Positions 1 through 9,589 of a DNA stretch of 64,000 bases are shown here, in pieces. The position numbers and the translations under genes are program-made. The notes below the pieces were generated by a model, which worked only from the letters and a program-made list of their open reading frames with translations, searched no databases and was not told the DNA's origin. Within the stretch, counting starts at the first letter, position 1. Every line of letters starts with the position of its first letter. The DNA lies in assembly GCA_965214935.1 (NCBI GenBank), contig CBDCCS010000003.1, positions 32,001 to 96,000 of the forward strand. Reading direction: 5' to 3'. Source of the DNA: Candidatus Velthaea sp. (lineage in GTDB: Bacteria > Vulcanimicrobiota > Vulcanimicrobiia > Vulcanimicrobiales > Vulcanimicrobiaceae).

Positions 1-921
1 GACGTCGCCGACGCGCGGTAGCCGTGCCGCCGTCGCGAACGGATCGGTCGCGGCTGCCGCCGCTCCGGCCGTTGCGCCGCCGCCCAACGCTAAAGCTTGA
101 TTGGTCGAACCGCTGGCACCGGTGTATTTCTGGGTTAACGTGCCCGACGGCGACGTCGCGCCCGTCAGCACGGCGGTCGACCCGCTAACGAGCAGATCGG
201 CAATCGATTGCGGCGTCTGCACGTCACCGCGAACGTCGAGCGTCGTCTCGCGATTGCCGAGGTAGGCGATGCCGCCCGGTGCCCGGACATTGTTCGACTG
301 AATGGCGCTAACGACGTCGTTTGCCGTGAAGCCGAAACTCGATAATTTTTGGGGATCGACGGTCACTTCGAGCGCCGGCGTAACGGTGCCGCCCGCGCCG
401 ACGTTCGAGATACCGTCGACTTGCTCGAGCGCCGGTACGATCGTATTGGTAACGATCGCCGACAGCCCGGCGAGACTTAGCGACGCCGATGTCAGCGACA
501 ACGTAACGACCGTCGCCTGCGCCGGATCGAACGTACGGACCGAAGGTGCCGGTAAGTCGACCGGCAGCGTGCTGCGCGCCGTCTGAATGCGGTTTTGCAC
601 CGCGGTCAAATCGCTCGTTTGATTTGAATCCAGGCTGAACGTTGCCGAAATCGACGCTTGATTTTGCTGGATCGACGTCGTGATGTGATCGAGGTTCGGC
701 GCGCCGGCGATGGCGTCTTCAAGCGGCCGAACGACGGCGTCGCGGAGTTCCGACGGCGATGCGCCCGGATAACTCGCGGAAATGTTGACGGTCGGGAAAT
801 CGACGTTCGGAAATTGCTGCTGGACCAACGTTGCGAGCGCGAAGAGTCCGGCGATCGTGATGAGCGCGAGGACGACGAAAACCAGCGGCGGCCGGTTGAC
901 GAAGAGTTGCGTGAGCCGCAT
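1..921 (-). CDS. RND efflux transporter permease subunit (AcrB/MdtB family), 3' part outside window
   Basis: Not in the ORF track. Manual translation from ATG at 921 gives MRLTQLFVNRPPLVFVVLALITIAGLFALATLVQQQFPNVDFPTVNISASYPGASPSELRDAVVRPLEDAI, a typical AcrB N-terminus. It abuts the stop of the adaptor gene. Confidence 0.93.
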   Translation of the reverse strand, partial: MRLTQLFVNRPPLVFVVLALITIAGLFALATLVQQQFPNVDFPTVNISASYPGASPSELRDAVVRPLEDAIAGAPNLDHITTSIQQNQASISATFSLDSNQTSDLTAVQNRIQTARSTLPVDLPAPSVRTFDPAQATVVTLSLTSASLSLAGLSAIVTNTIVPALEQVDGISNVGAGGTVTPALEVTVDPQKLSSFGFTANDVVSAIQSNNVRAPGGIAYLGNRETTLDVRGDVQTPQSIADLLVSGSTAVLTGATSPSGTLTQKYTGASGSTNQALALGGGATAGAAAAATDPFATAARLPRVGDV

Positions 922-2241
922 CTAATTTTGCGCGAGCGATTGTCCGTCGCTAAGACCTAATTGTCCGTTGGCAATGACGCTTTGGCCGGCGGAGATCCCG
1001 CTGACGACCGACGTCGTTCCATTCGTGCCCAGTTCGCGGACTTTGACGGTTTTCGCAACGACGTCGACGAGTTCGTCGGAGGCAATCATGACCGAGGTAT
1101 GCGTATCGTCGAGGAACGCCGTCGCCGGGATGCCGACACCCGTCACGGGCGGTAAGGTCGCCGTCGCGGTGACCGGCAGGCCCGATTGCAGCCGGCCGTC
1201 GGCGTTAGCAACGAGCACCTTCACGGTGAAGTCGGTCGTGCCCGGCGTTACTTGTCCGAGCACCGCGACGACGTTGCCGCTATACGCTTTGGCCGTGTTA
1301 CCGGCGACCGCGAGCGTCACGTGCGCACCGACCGGAATCGCGAACGTGTCGGCGCTCGAAGCGTTGAGCACGGCATAGACGTGATCGAGCTGCTGAATGG
1401 TGAAGATCGTGCGCGCGCCGGGATACTCACCCGGATTGAGATTGCGATTGACGACCACACCGTCGATCGGCGAAACGATCGTGGCCTTCGCGATCTGCGC
1501 ACGATACTGCGCGACTTGCGCTTGCGCTTCACCGATCGTTGCCCGCGCGGCGTTGGCATCGGCTTGCGCCGAACTGACGTTTGCGGCTTGCAAGCCGCTG
1601 CCCGAGGTACCTGTCACCGTTTGATTGGTGATCGCCGATTGCAGGTTTGCTTGCGCCGTTCGTACCGCCGAGGCATCGTTGTTCACCGTGGTCTGCTGCT
1701 GATCGACGGTCTGCTGCGCGATGTAGCCGCTGGCAACCAGAGCCCGATCGCGTTGCAGATTGAGCGTATCGTTGCGCAACGTCTGCTGCGCGGCAGCTAA
1801 AGCCGCTCGAGTCGACTGCGTCTGATCGCCGCTTTGCCCGATCGTGAGCTGCTGCGTATAGCGCGCCTGCGATACTTTCGCTTGCGATGAAGCAGCGCTG
1901 CGCACGTCGGTTTGCACCGTGGCGATCGCTTGAGCGAGCTGCGCGCGCAGATCGGCCGTGTCGAGCACGGCGAGCACCTGACCCGCATGCACCCGGTCCC
2001 CCTCGTTGACGTTCACGCCGGCGACCGGTTCGGTCAGCGAACTCGACAGCGCGACGTTTTGTAGCGGCGCAATGACGCCCGAAATCGAAGCCGTCGCGTG
2101 CACGGTCGTCCGTTTGGCGACGGCGGTAGGAACCGGATTCGGTGACGGCGCCGGGCGCGTGCGTCGCGCGGCAGCGCCGTGATTGCAGCCGCTGACGACG
2201 GCAACCATGACGATGAGCGCGAAACTACGCGAGCCGTTCAT
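922..2241 (-). CDS. RND efflux periplasmic adaptor (membrane fusion protein), probable lipoprotein
   Basis: Lipobox-like VVSGC, lipoyl half-motifs (VNVNEGDRVHAGQVLAVLD; IVSPIDGVV) flanking a long coiled coil. Start placed at ATG 2241 (track start 2289). Confidence 0.9.
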   Translation of the reverse strand: MNGSRSFALIVMVAVVSGCNHGAAARRTRPAPSPNPVPTAVAKRTTVHATASISGVIAPLQNVALSSSLTEPVAGVNVNEGDRVHAGQVLAVLDTADLRAQLAQAIATVQTDVRSAASSQAKVSQARYTQQLTIGQSGDQTQSTRAALAAAQQTLRNDTLNLQRDRALVASGYIAQQTVDQQQTTVNNDASAVRTAQANLQSAITNQTVTGTSGSGLQAANVSSAQADANAARATIGEAQAQVAQYRAQIAKATIVSPIDGVVVNRNLNPGEYPGARTIFTIQQLDHVYAVLNASSADTFAIPVGAHVTLAVAGNTAKAYSGNVVAVLGQVTPGTTDFTVKVLVANADGRLQSGLPVTATATLPPVTGVGIPATAFLDDTHTSVMIASDELVDVVAKTVKVRELGTNGTTSVVSGISAGQSVIANGQLGLSDGQSLAQN

Positions 2242-2251
2242 GATAGCGCCG

Positions 2252-2650
2252 TTACTGCGCGCGCGTGCCCGATGTTTGGCGCATTGCATCGAGCTTGGTG
2301 TGAAATTGGGTCCGTTGCGCGGGAGTCAGAACGGAATCGATTTTGGCATACGCCGCTTTCATGTTCGCGCGCCGTGCATCACGATCGGTCACGGTCTGAT
2401 TTTGCTTGCGCGCATCGCCGATGATCTCGCGAATCTGTGACTTTTGCTGATCGCTCAAATCGAGTGCCATCAGCAGTTGGCCCATGCGCCGGCCGTGCGG
2501 TGCTGCCGGCGGCGGTCCGCCGGCCTGATCTTGAGCGAAGGCTGCCGGAACGCTCTTGGTCGCGATAGCGACGACGGTTCCGCTGCCGCTGAAAATTAGC
2601 GCTGCGGCAAGTGCGGCAACGAACGGCCGGCGGTGGAAACGGATGCTCAT
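2252..2650 (-). CDS. Spy/CpxP-family (LTxxQ motif) periplasmic protein
   Basis: Signal peptide, LDLSDQQKSQI and VLTPAQR motifs; first gene of the RND operon. Confidence 0.8.
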   Translation of the reverse strand: MSIRFHRRPFVAALAAALIFSGSGTVVAIATKSVPAAFAQDQAGGPPPAAPHGRRMGQLLMALDLSDQQKSQIREIIGDARKQNQTVTDRDARRANMKAAYAKIDSVLTPAQRTQFHTKLDAMRQTSGTRAQ

Positions 2651-2932
2651 TTCGTTTGATTGCTCCTGATATCAAAGGCGCTTACGGCGCCGAAATAGCG
2701 GCTCGTCAACAGTATCGAATCAAAACCTGAGATAGCGCAAAGTCCGCCGTCCACCCGTCGCGATTTAAGCCGTTTTTCACAAATGACGCGCATCAATCAA
2801 CGCGTCGCTGCCGATTCGCCGGTCGGGCTTGCTCGGCGGGGCAGGTGTCGAAAGACGAATTTACCAAGGTAGATGCAGCCCTGATTTGCCCTTGTGCTTG
2901 AAAGAAAGTTCGATGTTCCGTCGGGTGAGTGC

Positions 2933-4456
2933 ATGACCGCCGCCGGCGCAGTCGATCGCACGTTACTGGAAATGCGTGGTATCGGCAAGGCATTTCCCGG
3001 CGTGCGCGCTTTGCGCGATGTCGATTTCACGCTCGTACCGGGCGAAGTGCATGCCCTCGTCGGCGAGAATGGAGCCGGTAAGTCGACGCTCATGAAGATT
3101 CTCGCCGGTGCGTACATCGCGGACGAAGGCGAGATTCGGCTGGACGGCCGGCCGGTGCACTTTGCCGGACCGCAGTCGGCACTTGCCGCCGGAATCGTGA
3201 CGATCTACCAGGAGCTCAACCTCGTCCCGGAACTGTCGGTCGCCGAAAACATTTTCCTCGGCGACGAACCGCAGCTCGGGTCGTCGCCCGTCATCGATTG
3301 GCGCAGCGTGCACCGGCGTTCGGCCGAACTGCTTTCGCGTGTCGGAATTAGCCTCGACACGCACGCCCGGGTGAACACCCTAGGTGTCGGCAAGCAGCAA
3401 CTCGTCGAAGTCGCCAAAGCGTTGCATCGGACGCCGCGCGCGATCGTCATGGACGAGCCGACCGCGTCGTTAGGACTGGCCGAAATCGATGAACTATTTC
3501 GCGTGATTCGCGAACTGCGCGCGCGCGGCGTCTCGATCGTCTACATCAGCCATCGCCTCGATGAAATTTTTACTCTCTGCAATCGCGTCACCGTCATGCG
3601 CGACGGAACCGTCGTCGACACGCGTCCCGTCGCTGCCAGCGACGTGTCGACGCTCGTTGCACTCATGGTCGGCCGGACGCTCGAACGCGCCTTACGTACG
3701 CCGAATCCGGCGGCTGATACCGCCGAAATGCTGGGCGTACGCGGCTTAACGCGGCGCGGTGTTTTCGAGGATGTTTCCTTCAGCGTTCGGCGCGGTGAGA
3801 TCTACGGCTTGGGCGGCGTCGTCGGGTCGGGCCGGACCGAGGTGGCACGCGCGATCTTCGGTGCCGATCGTATCGACGCCGGCCAGCTGACGATCGAAGG
3901 CCGCCCGGTGCGCATCACCTCGCCGCGCGAGGCGGTCCGAGCCGGTATTGCGATGTTGACCGAAGATCGTAAAGCCGAGGGTTTAGTTTTAGGGTTGCCG
4001 GTGCGGGCGAATGTGTCGCTGGCGATCCTCGACCGCATCGCGCGATTCTTCGGCTTCATTCCGCCCGAACGCGAGCGTTCGCTCGCGCAAGATCTCATCG
4101 CAAGTTTGCGGATTCGGACTCCCGGGCCGGAGCAGTTGGCAATAAACTTGTCGGGTGGTAACCAGCAGAAGGTCGTGCTGGCAAAATGGCTGGCCGTTAA
4201 ACCGAAATTGTTGATTTTCGATGAACCGACGCGCGGCGTCGACGTCGGAGCGAAAGCCGAGATCTATGCGCTCATTCGTGCGCTCGTCGCAGAGGGAATG
4301 GCGGTCATTATCATCAGCTCGGAATTGCCCGAATTGCTCAGCTTGTCGGATCGCATCGGCGTTCTCAAACGCGGGCGCATCGTCGTCGAACTCGACGCCG
4401 CAACGACCGACGAGGCAACCGTACTGGCGTATGCCGCCGCCGGAAAAATCGCATGA
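2933..4456 (+). CDS. Monosaccharide ABC transporter ATP-binding protein (RbsA/MglA-like, two NBDs)
   Basis: GENGAGKST Walker A, DEPT twice, LSGGNQQKV signature. Confidence 0.95.
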   Translation: MTAAGAVDRTLLEMRGIGKAFPGVRALRDVDFTLVPGEVHALVGENGAGKSTLMKILAGAYIADEGEIRLDGRPVHFAGPQSALAAGIVTIYQELNLVPELSVAENIFLGDEPQLGSSPVIDWRSVHRRSAELLSRVGISLDTHARVNTLGVGKQQLVEVAKALHRTPRAIVMDEPTASLGLAEIDELFRVIRELRARGVSIVYISHRLDEIFTLCNRVTVMRDGTVVDTRPVAASDVSTLVALMVGRTLERALRTPNPAADTAEMLGVRGLTRRGVFEDVSFSVRRGEIYGLGGVVGSGRTEVARAIFGADRIDAGQLTIEGRPVRITSPREAVRAGIAMLTEDRKAEGLVLGLPVRANVSLAILDRIARFFGFIPPERERSLAQDLIASLRIRTPGPEQLAINLSGGNQQKVVLAKWLAVKPKLLIFDEPTRGVDVGAKAEIYALIRALVAEGMAVIIISSELPELLSLSDRIGVLKRGRIVVELDAATTDEATVLAYAAAGKIA

Positions 4457-5433
4457 ATGCCGTTACGCAGCCGCGACCGCGAACGGCGGCGGTGCTCAAT
4501 CGGCTCGGTTCGTTGCTCGGGCTGGTGTTACTGTGCGCCGTTCTTGCGGCGTTCAACGAGCAATTCCGGTCGTTCAATAATTACTTATTGCTGTTGCAGC
4601 AGGCCGCGCCGATCGCCATTATTGCCGTCGGTCAGACATTCGTTATCCTCACCGGCGGCATCGATCTATCGGTCGGCTCGCTGGCCGCACTTACCACCGT
4701 GTGCACGGCGCTGCTGATCTCCGGCGGAACGGCCCATGCGCATCCCGTTGCACCCTGGGTTGCCATACCGCTCGGGGTCGCGCTGGCAACCGCAGTCGGT
4801 TTGATCCAAGGCTTGCTCGTGACCAAACTCAAGATGCCGCCGTTCATCATTACGCTCGGATCGTTTAACGCGCTCGCGGGTTTAGCGCTGGTGCTCAGTA
4901 ACGGTTCGGCCATCAGCGTCGACGGAAAAGGCTGGGACTGGATTTACGGCGGTGATATCGGACCGGTCATTCCGATCGGCATTACGCTGCTCATCTACGG
5001 CCTCGCATCGTTCGTACTCGGCTACACGCGCGTGGGCCGCTATACTTACGCAATCGGCGGTAACGAAGCCGCCGTGCGGCTTTCGGGCGTCCCGGTCGAC
5101 CGGTATAAAATTGCGGTCTACGCCATCAGCGGTCTGTTGACCGGGCTTGCCGCGATGATGATCATGGCGCAGAACCTCGGCGGCAGTCAGAGCAACGGGC
5201 AGTCCGCCGAACTCAATTCGATTGCCGCCGTCGTCATCGGCGGTACGAGCTTGGCCGGCGGCATCGGCTCCGTATGGGGCACGTTGATCGGCGCAATCGT
5301 GCTCGTCGGTGTCGTGCCGAACGCTCTGGTCATGCTCAGTGTATCGCCGCAATGGAATCAAGTCGTCACCGGCGGCACCGTCGTGCTCGCGGTGCTCATC
5401 GATGTTTTGCGTAAACGCGCGCGGCGCGTCTAG
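4453..5433 (+). CDS. Monosaccharide ABC transporter permease (RbsC-like)
   Basis: GGIDLSVGS, YAIGGNEAAVRLSG, IAAVVIGGTSLAGG; ATGA overlap with the ATPase gene. Confidence 0.95.
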   Translation: MNAVTQPRPRTAAVLNRLGSLLGLVLLCAVLAAFNEQFRSFNNYLLLLQQAAPIAIIAVGQTFVILTGGIDLSVGSLAALTTVCTALLISGGTAHAHPVAPWVAIPLGVALATAVGLIQGLLVTKLKMPPFIITLGSFNALAGLALVLSNGSAISVDGKGWDWIYGGDIGPVIPIGITLLIYGLASFVLGYTRVGRYTYAIGGNEAAVRLSGVPVDRYKIAVYAISGLLTGLAAMMIMAQNLGGSQSNGQSAELNSIAAVVIGGTSLAGGIGSVWGTLIGAIVLVGVVPNALVMLSVSPQWNQVVTGGTVVLAVLIDVLRKRARRV

Positions 5434-5471
5434 ACGTTCGTTCTTTTCTCACATCACACTGGAGGACCAAG

Positions 5472-6473
5472 ATGCTACCGAAGTATCGCACTGCCTTGAC
5501 GATGAGCGCCGGAATCGCCGCGCTCGCGCTCGGCGCAACTGCCGTGACGGCGGCGAAAAGCTATACCGTTGCCGTCATCCCGCCTGGATATACCAGTCCG
5601 TTTCACGTCGCCGTTAAAGATGGTGCAGTCGAAGCGGCGAAAAAACTGAGTTGGCAGATCGACACTGCGTCGGCGGCGGCCGAAAGCGACTTCAATCAGC
5701 AAGCCAACATCATCGATGATGAAATTTCCAAGAACGTCGCCATTCTTTCGGTCAGTCCGATCGATCCCAACGCCGATATCGGTGCGATCAAGCGGGCGAA
5801 TCAAAAGAAGATTCCGATCATCGTGCACAACGGAATCACGCCGCTGGGCGGCGGCGTAAAAGTCGTCGAGTACATCGGTTACAACCAATGGAAAGGGGCG
5901 AAAGCGGTCGGAGCGGCGGCTTGCAAATTGCTGGGCGGTAAGGGTGAAGTGTTCATCCTCGACGGGATCGTCGAGTTTCACACGCATCGGCGCGCCGGCG
6001 GCTTCAAAGACGGCTTGAGTTCGTGCATGGGTGCGGGCGGGGTCAAGATCGACGGCGAGCAATCAGCGAGCTGGCTGCGAACGGCCGGCCAGCAAGTCGC
6101 AACCGCGGCGCTTACCAAATATCCGAACATCAAACTGTTTTTCGGCTGCAGCGACGAGATGGCCATCGGCGCCTCGATTGCCGCTCACCGCTTGCACAAA
6201 GACGTTTTTACCTTGGGCATCGACGGCAATGCCGCGACGCTCGACCAGATCAAAGCCGGCCAAGTCACCGGGACCCTCGGTGTCTATCCGACGCAGATGG
6301 GCGCAACGGTGATCGACCAGATGGCAAAAGTACTGAACGGCAAAACGGTTCCGCCGATCCTCGAAACGCCTGGGACGGTCGTAACGAAGGATAATCTCGA
6401 AGCGTACCTCGCCGGCAAGACATTCAGCTCGCCCAAGGCCGGACAGCCCGAAGAGGATTCCGGGCACCAGTAA
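5472..6473 (+). CDS. Sugar ABC transporter substrate-binding protein (RbsB-like)
   Basis: GGAGG RBS, signal peptide, periplasmic binding protein type 1 motifs (SDEMAIGA, LGIDG). Confidence 0.92.
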   Translation: MLPKYRTALTMSAGIAALALGATAVTAAKSYTVAVIPPGYTSPFHVAVKDGAVEAAKKLSWQIDTASAAAESDFNQQANIIDDEISKNVAILSVSPIDPNADIGAIKRANQKKIPIIVHNGITPLGGGVKVVEYIGYNQWKGAKAVGAAACKLLGGKGEVFILDGIVEFHTHRRAGGFKDGLSSCMGAGGVKIDGEQSASWLRTAGQQVATAALTKYPNIKLFFGCSDEMAIGASIAAHRLHKDVFTLGIDGNAATLDQIKAGQVTGTLGVYPTQMGATVIDQMAKVLNGKTVPPILETPGTVVTKDNLEAYLAGKTFSSPKAGQPEEDSGHQ

Positions 6474-6505
6474 GCAGCGTTCGCTCAAAAGCGGAACGGA
6501 GAAAC

Positions 6506-6543
6506 ATCGCGTTGCATCGAACACACGTTCGATGCAACGCGAT
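6506..6543. repeat. Perfect 17-bp inverted repeat (hairpin), possible terminator of the ABC operon
   Basis: ATCGCGTTGCATCGAAC-acac-GTTCGATGCAACGCGAT, followed by AAAGATTTTT. Confidence 0.8.
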
Positions 6544-6699
6544 AAAGATTTTTCAGCTTTAAAGCTCGCTATTCACGCATTGCCGGAAAGCGATCGGGCC
6601 AAGATTCGCACGTACGTCCTGACGGTGTTCGACGTGCGCGGGCGCGACACGCGGGTCAATCTCACGGCCGACGAACGCGACCGCCCGCGCATGTCGTAG
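6532..6699 (+). CDS. Putative small protein (55 aa)
   Basis: Manual translation MQRDKDFSALKLAIHALPESDRAKIRTYVLTVFDVRGRDTRVNLTADERDRPRMS. Below the track cutoff; fills an otherwise empty intergenic gap. Confidence 0.45.
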   Translation: MQRDKDFSALKLAIHALPESDRAKIRTYVLTVFDVRGRDTRVNLTADERDRPRMS

Positions 6700-6787
6700 C
6701 GCTGCGCCGGCCGAGCACCGCCTCGGCTTTACGCCAAATTAACAAACCCGAGCATTCTAAGCAAGCCCACGGTCCGAGTATTGATAT

Positions 6788-7639
6788 ATGGATATCGCGT
6801 CGATCATTGGGCTTGTCTTAGGATTCGGTTCGATCATCGTCGCGGCCGAAGTCAGCCATGCGAACATGGCGCTCTTGTACGAGAAATACGAGGCACTGTT
6901 GCTCGTATTTGGGGGTACGCTCGGCGCGGCGTTCCTCTCGTTCCCCCTTGAAACATGCCTTGGGTCGATGCGTCAAGGCTTCCGCATCGTGCTTTTTCGT
7001 CACACCTCGCGGATGGAAGAAAGTATCGACAAGTTCGCGCGCTTCGCCGACGTCGCTCGGCGCGGCGGCCTGCTTGCCCTCGAGGGTCAACTTCGTACGA
7101 TCGACGACCCATCCGTACGGCGCGCGATCGAAATGATCATCGACGGTCAAGATGCAGAGGTCGTCCGGACGGTACTCGAGACCGAAACCGACGTCGCCGT
7201 CGCGCAGCTGCGCGATACGCAAGCCTTCTTCGAGGCACTCGGCGGTTTTTCTCCGACCCTGGGAATCATCGGCACGGTGCTCGGGCTCATCGCTATGCTG
7301 GGCAAACTCGGAGCGCTTTCCGAGTCCGGAAATATCGCCGGTTCGATCGGCGGCGAAACAGCAGCGGCCTTTATTGCAACTTTCCTCGGCGTGTTCTTCG
7401 CCAATCTTCTTTGGTTGCCGATCGGCGCAAAAGTCAGAGCGCGCGTTGCGCGAATCGAACTCGAACGCGAACTGATGACCGAAGCCGTGCTGATGCTTCA
7501 TGCCGGAAACAGTCCCAAAGTGATCCGGCAAAAACTGCATGCCTATCTGGCCGTCCCGGACCGCGTCCCGGCTCGTGAATCGGCCCCGCCGGTTGCGGCA
7601 CCGAACGTGCTTGCCGGCGCTGCGGCGCAACCCGGTTAA
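6788..7639 (+). CDS. motA: Flagellar motor stator protein MotA
   Basis: MDIASIIGL start, VFGGTLGA, ARRGGLLALE, PTLGIIGTVLGLI, ANLLWLPIG. Confidence 0.9.
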   Translation: MDIASIIGLVLGFGSIIVAAEVSHANMALLYEKYEALLLVFGGTLGAAFLSFPLETCLGSMRQGFRIVLFRHTSRMEESIDKFARFADVARRGGLLALEGQLRTIDDPSVRRAIEMIIDGQDAEVVRTVLETETDVAVAQLRDTQAFFEALGGFSPTLGIIGTVLGLIAMLGKLGALSESGNIAGSIGGETAAAFIATFLGVFFANLLWLPIGAKVRARVARIELERELMTEAVLMLHAGNSPKVIRQKLHAYLAVPDRVPARESAPPVAAPNVLAGAAAQPG

Positions 7640-7641
7640 CG

Positions 7642-8343
7642 ATGCGGCGTCGCGTCCGATCGCACGCAATCGCGCACGCCAACAACGAGCGTTGGCTATT
7701 GACGTACGCCGATATGATCACGTTATTACTCGCGCTGTTCATTATTCTGTTCTCTATCTCGTCGATCAGTAAGAGTAAGTTCAAAGCGCTCGCTCATGAG
7801 ATGTCGGGCAGCTTCGATGCGGCGCAAGGTCAGCTTCGATCGATGCCGGGGCCAAGCGCCGGGCAAGATGCCGAAAGCCTCAAGACGCTTACGGTGTCCT
7901 TGCAAAACTACGTTCGCGAACGCCGGCTCACGGCAAAAGTCAACGTCCACCTCGAGCAGCGCGGGGTGGTCGTCAGCTTGCGTTCCGACGCCGCCTTATT
8001 TGAAAGCGGCAGCGCGATCCTCAAGCCGCAAGCGGGCGACGTGATCCATGCCGTTGCGGCTTTTTTGCTGACGCCCGGTCAGCGCGATCGAGCGCTCAAG
8101 ATCGAGGGCAATACCGATAACGTCCCGATTGCAACCCCGGCATATCCGACAAATTGGGAACTATCGACGTCTCGCGCCGTTGCCGTAACGCGTCACTTGA
8201 GCGAGCACGACGGCATAGCCGCAAGCCGCCTTTCAGCGATCGGATTAGCCGAATGGCACCCGCTCGCCGTCAACGATTCGCAAGCGAATCGCGTGCTCAA
8301 CCGGCGCGTCGATATCGTCGTTTTGCGCCTTAAAGAACAGTAA
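7642..8343 (+). CDS. motB: Flagellar motor stator protein MotB (OmpA-like C-terminal domain)
   Basis: ERWLLTYADMITLL with the essential Asp; EGNTD, NWELSTSRA, NRRVDIV. Confidence 0.92.
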   Translation: MRRRVRSHAIAHANNERWLLTYADMITLLLALFIILFSISSISKSKFKALAHEMSGSFDAAQGQLRSMPGPSAGQDAESLKTLTVSLQNYVRERRLTAKVNVHLEQRGVVVSLRSDAALFESGSAILKPQAGDVIHAVAAFLLTPGQRDRALKIEGNTDNVPIATPAYPTNWELSTSRAVAVTRHLSEHDGIAASRLSAIGLAEWHPLAVNDSQANRVLNRRVDIVVLRLKEQ

Positions 8344-8419
8344 ACACGAACGGATCACGCTGCCGGTAAAGGCTGTGTACGCTTTGGGACCGCCGAGTCG
8401 AACGAACGGAGCAGGCGGC

Positions 8420-8447
8420 TCAGGTTGCGTGTGCCGCGCACCGAATC
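8420..8447 (+). promoter_or_regulatory. Possible sigma28/FliA-type promoter for cheY-cheC
   Basis: TCAGG-N15-ACCGAATC resembles TCAAG/TAAA-N15-GCCGATAA; imperfect match. Confidence 0.3.
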
Positions 8448-8527
8448 AATAGGGTAGCTTCAAGCAACATAGCATGCAGTATGCGGCCGGACGACGGTTC
8501 GCAGCGTAAGGAGACGCAGAAAACGTA

Positions 8528-8893
8528 ATGGCCGGTAAAAAAGTTCTTATCGTCGATGACGCCGTCGTCATGCGGATGATGATCAAGAACATCTTGAGTA
8601 AAAGCGGTTACGACATCGTGGGTGAAGCCGAAAACGGTCTGCAAGCGGTCGAAAAATACAAAGCGTTGCAGCCCGATATCGTGACGATGGACATGGTAAT
8701 GCCCGACATGGACGGCATCGCTGCAGTCCGGGCAATCGTCGCTGAATATCCGGGCGCAAAGATTATCATGTGCACCTCGATGGGGCAGCAAGCCTTAGTC
8801 GTCGAGGCAATACAGGCCGGCGCGAAATCGTTTATCACAAAGCCTTTTCAGCCGCCTAAAATCGTCGAAGCAATTGAAAAGGTGCTTGCCTGA
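8528..8893 (+). CDS. cheY: Chemotaxis response regulator CheY
   Basis: Single receiver domain: LIVDD, TMDMVMP, CTSMGQQ, FITKPF (Bacillus/Thermotoga CheY-like); AAGGAG RBS. Confidence 0.88.
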   Translation: MAGKKVLIVDDAVVMRMMIKNILSKSGYDIVGEAENGLQAVEKYKALQPDIVTMDMVMPDMDGIAAVRAIVAEYPGAKIIMCTSMGQQALVVEAIQAGAKSFITKPFQPPKIVEAIEKVLA

Positions 8894-9495
8894 TGGCCGC
8901 ACTCGAACTCAGCGATATGCAAATGGAGGCGATGAAGGAAGTCGGCAATATCGGCGCCGGACATGCGGCGACCGCTCTTTCCGAAATGCTGAACGAACCG
9001 GTGCAAATCGGTACGCCGTCCGTTGAGATTTTGCCGTTTTCGGGTTTGGCGGATCGAGTCAGCCGGCATGGCCGCATCATCAGCGCCGTGCATATGCACG
9101 TGTTCGGCGAAGCACCGTGTCAGATCGTCGTGCTTTTCGATGAAGCGCAAGCGCGTGGTTTTACAAGCATCTTTACCGGCAGCGAGCCCGGCGGCGGCGA
9201 CGATTTCGATGTGCTGGTAGAATCGACGGTTAAAGAAGTCGGCAACATTATCGGTGGTGCGTATTTAACCGCACTGACGTCGCTAACGGGAATAACGTTG
9301 ATTGCATCCGTTCCGTCGTTATCGGTCGGAACGGCGCAGAGCACGTTTCTCGAGCTTATCGACGTTCCCGCCGACCAAGAGGTTTTTTACGTTCAGACGG
9401 GCTTCGAGAAGCAAGAGCCGGTGATCTCAGGCGAGTTCATACTCATACCGGGACCGGATTCGATTGCACCGCTGCTCTCCGTGTTCGGACTTTAA
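8893..9495 (+). CDS. cheC: CheY-P phosphatase CheC
   Basis: Two ExxN sites (KEVGNIGAGHAATALS; KEVGNIIGGAYLTAL); coupled to the cheY stop. Confidence 0.88.
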   Translation: MAALELSDMQMEAMKEVGNIGAGHAATALSEMLNEPVQIGTPSVEILPFSGLADRVSRHGRIISAVHMHVFGEAPCQIVVLFDEAQARGFTSIFTGSEPGGGDDFDVLVESTVKEVGNIIGGAYLTALTSLTGITLIASVPSLSVGTAQSTFLELIDVPADQEVFYVQTGFEKQEPVISGEFILIPGPDSIAPLLSVFGL

Positions 9496-9540
9496 GCCAC
9501 TGCAACCGCCGGGCGATCGAACGTCACTTTCCGATTTCTG

Positions 9541-9569
9541 AAGCGGTTGGCTCTGCCGGCCGCTTTTTT
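9541..9569 (+). terminator. Rho-independent terminator between convergent cheC and the reductase gene
   Basis: AAGCGGTTGGC-tct-GCCGGCCGCTT stem (two G-U pairs) running into a T tract. Confidence 0.7.
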
Positions 9570-9589
9570 AATGCGTCCGCGCGGGAATG

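Noticed and set aside
6760..6787. Sigma28-like promoter upstream of motA (CTAAG...TCCGAGTA)
   Set aside because: The spacer is only 11 bp, too short for the consensus spacing.
6788..8343. MotA/MotB pair as a Zorya (ZorAB) anti-phage system
   Set aside because: MotA is normal length with no long ZorA tail, there are no zorC/D/E genes, and the neighbours are cheY and cheC.
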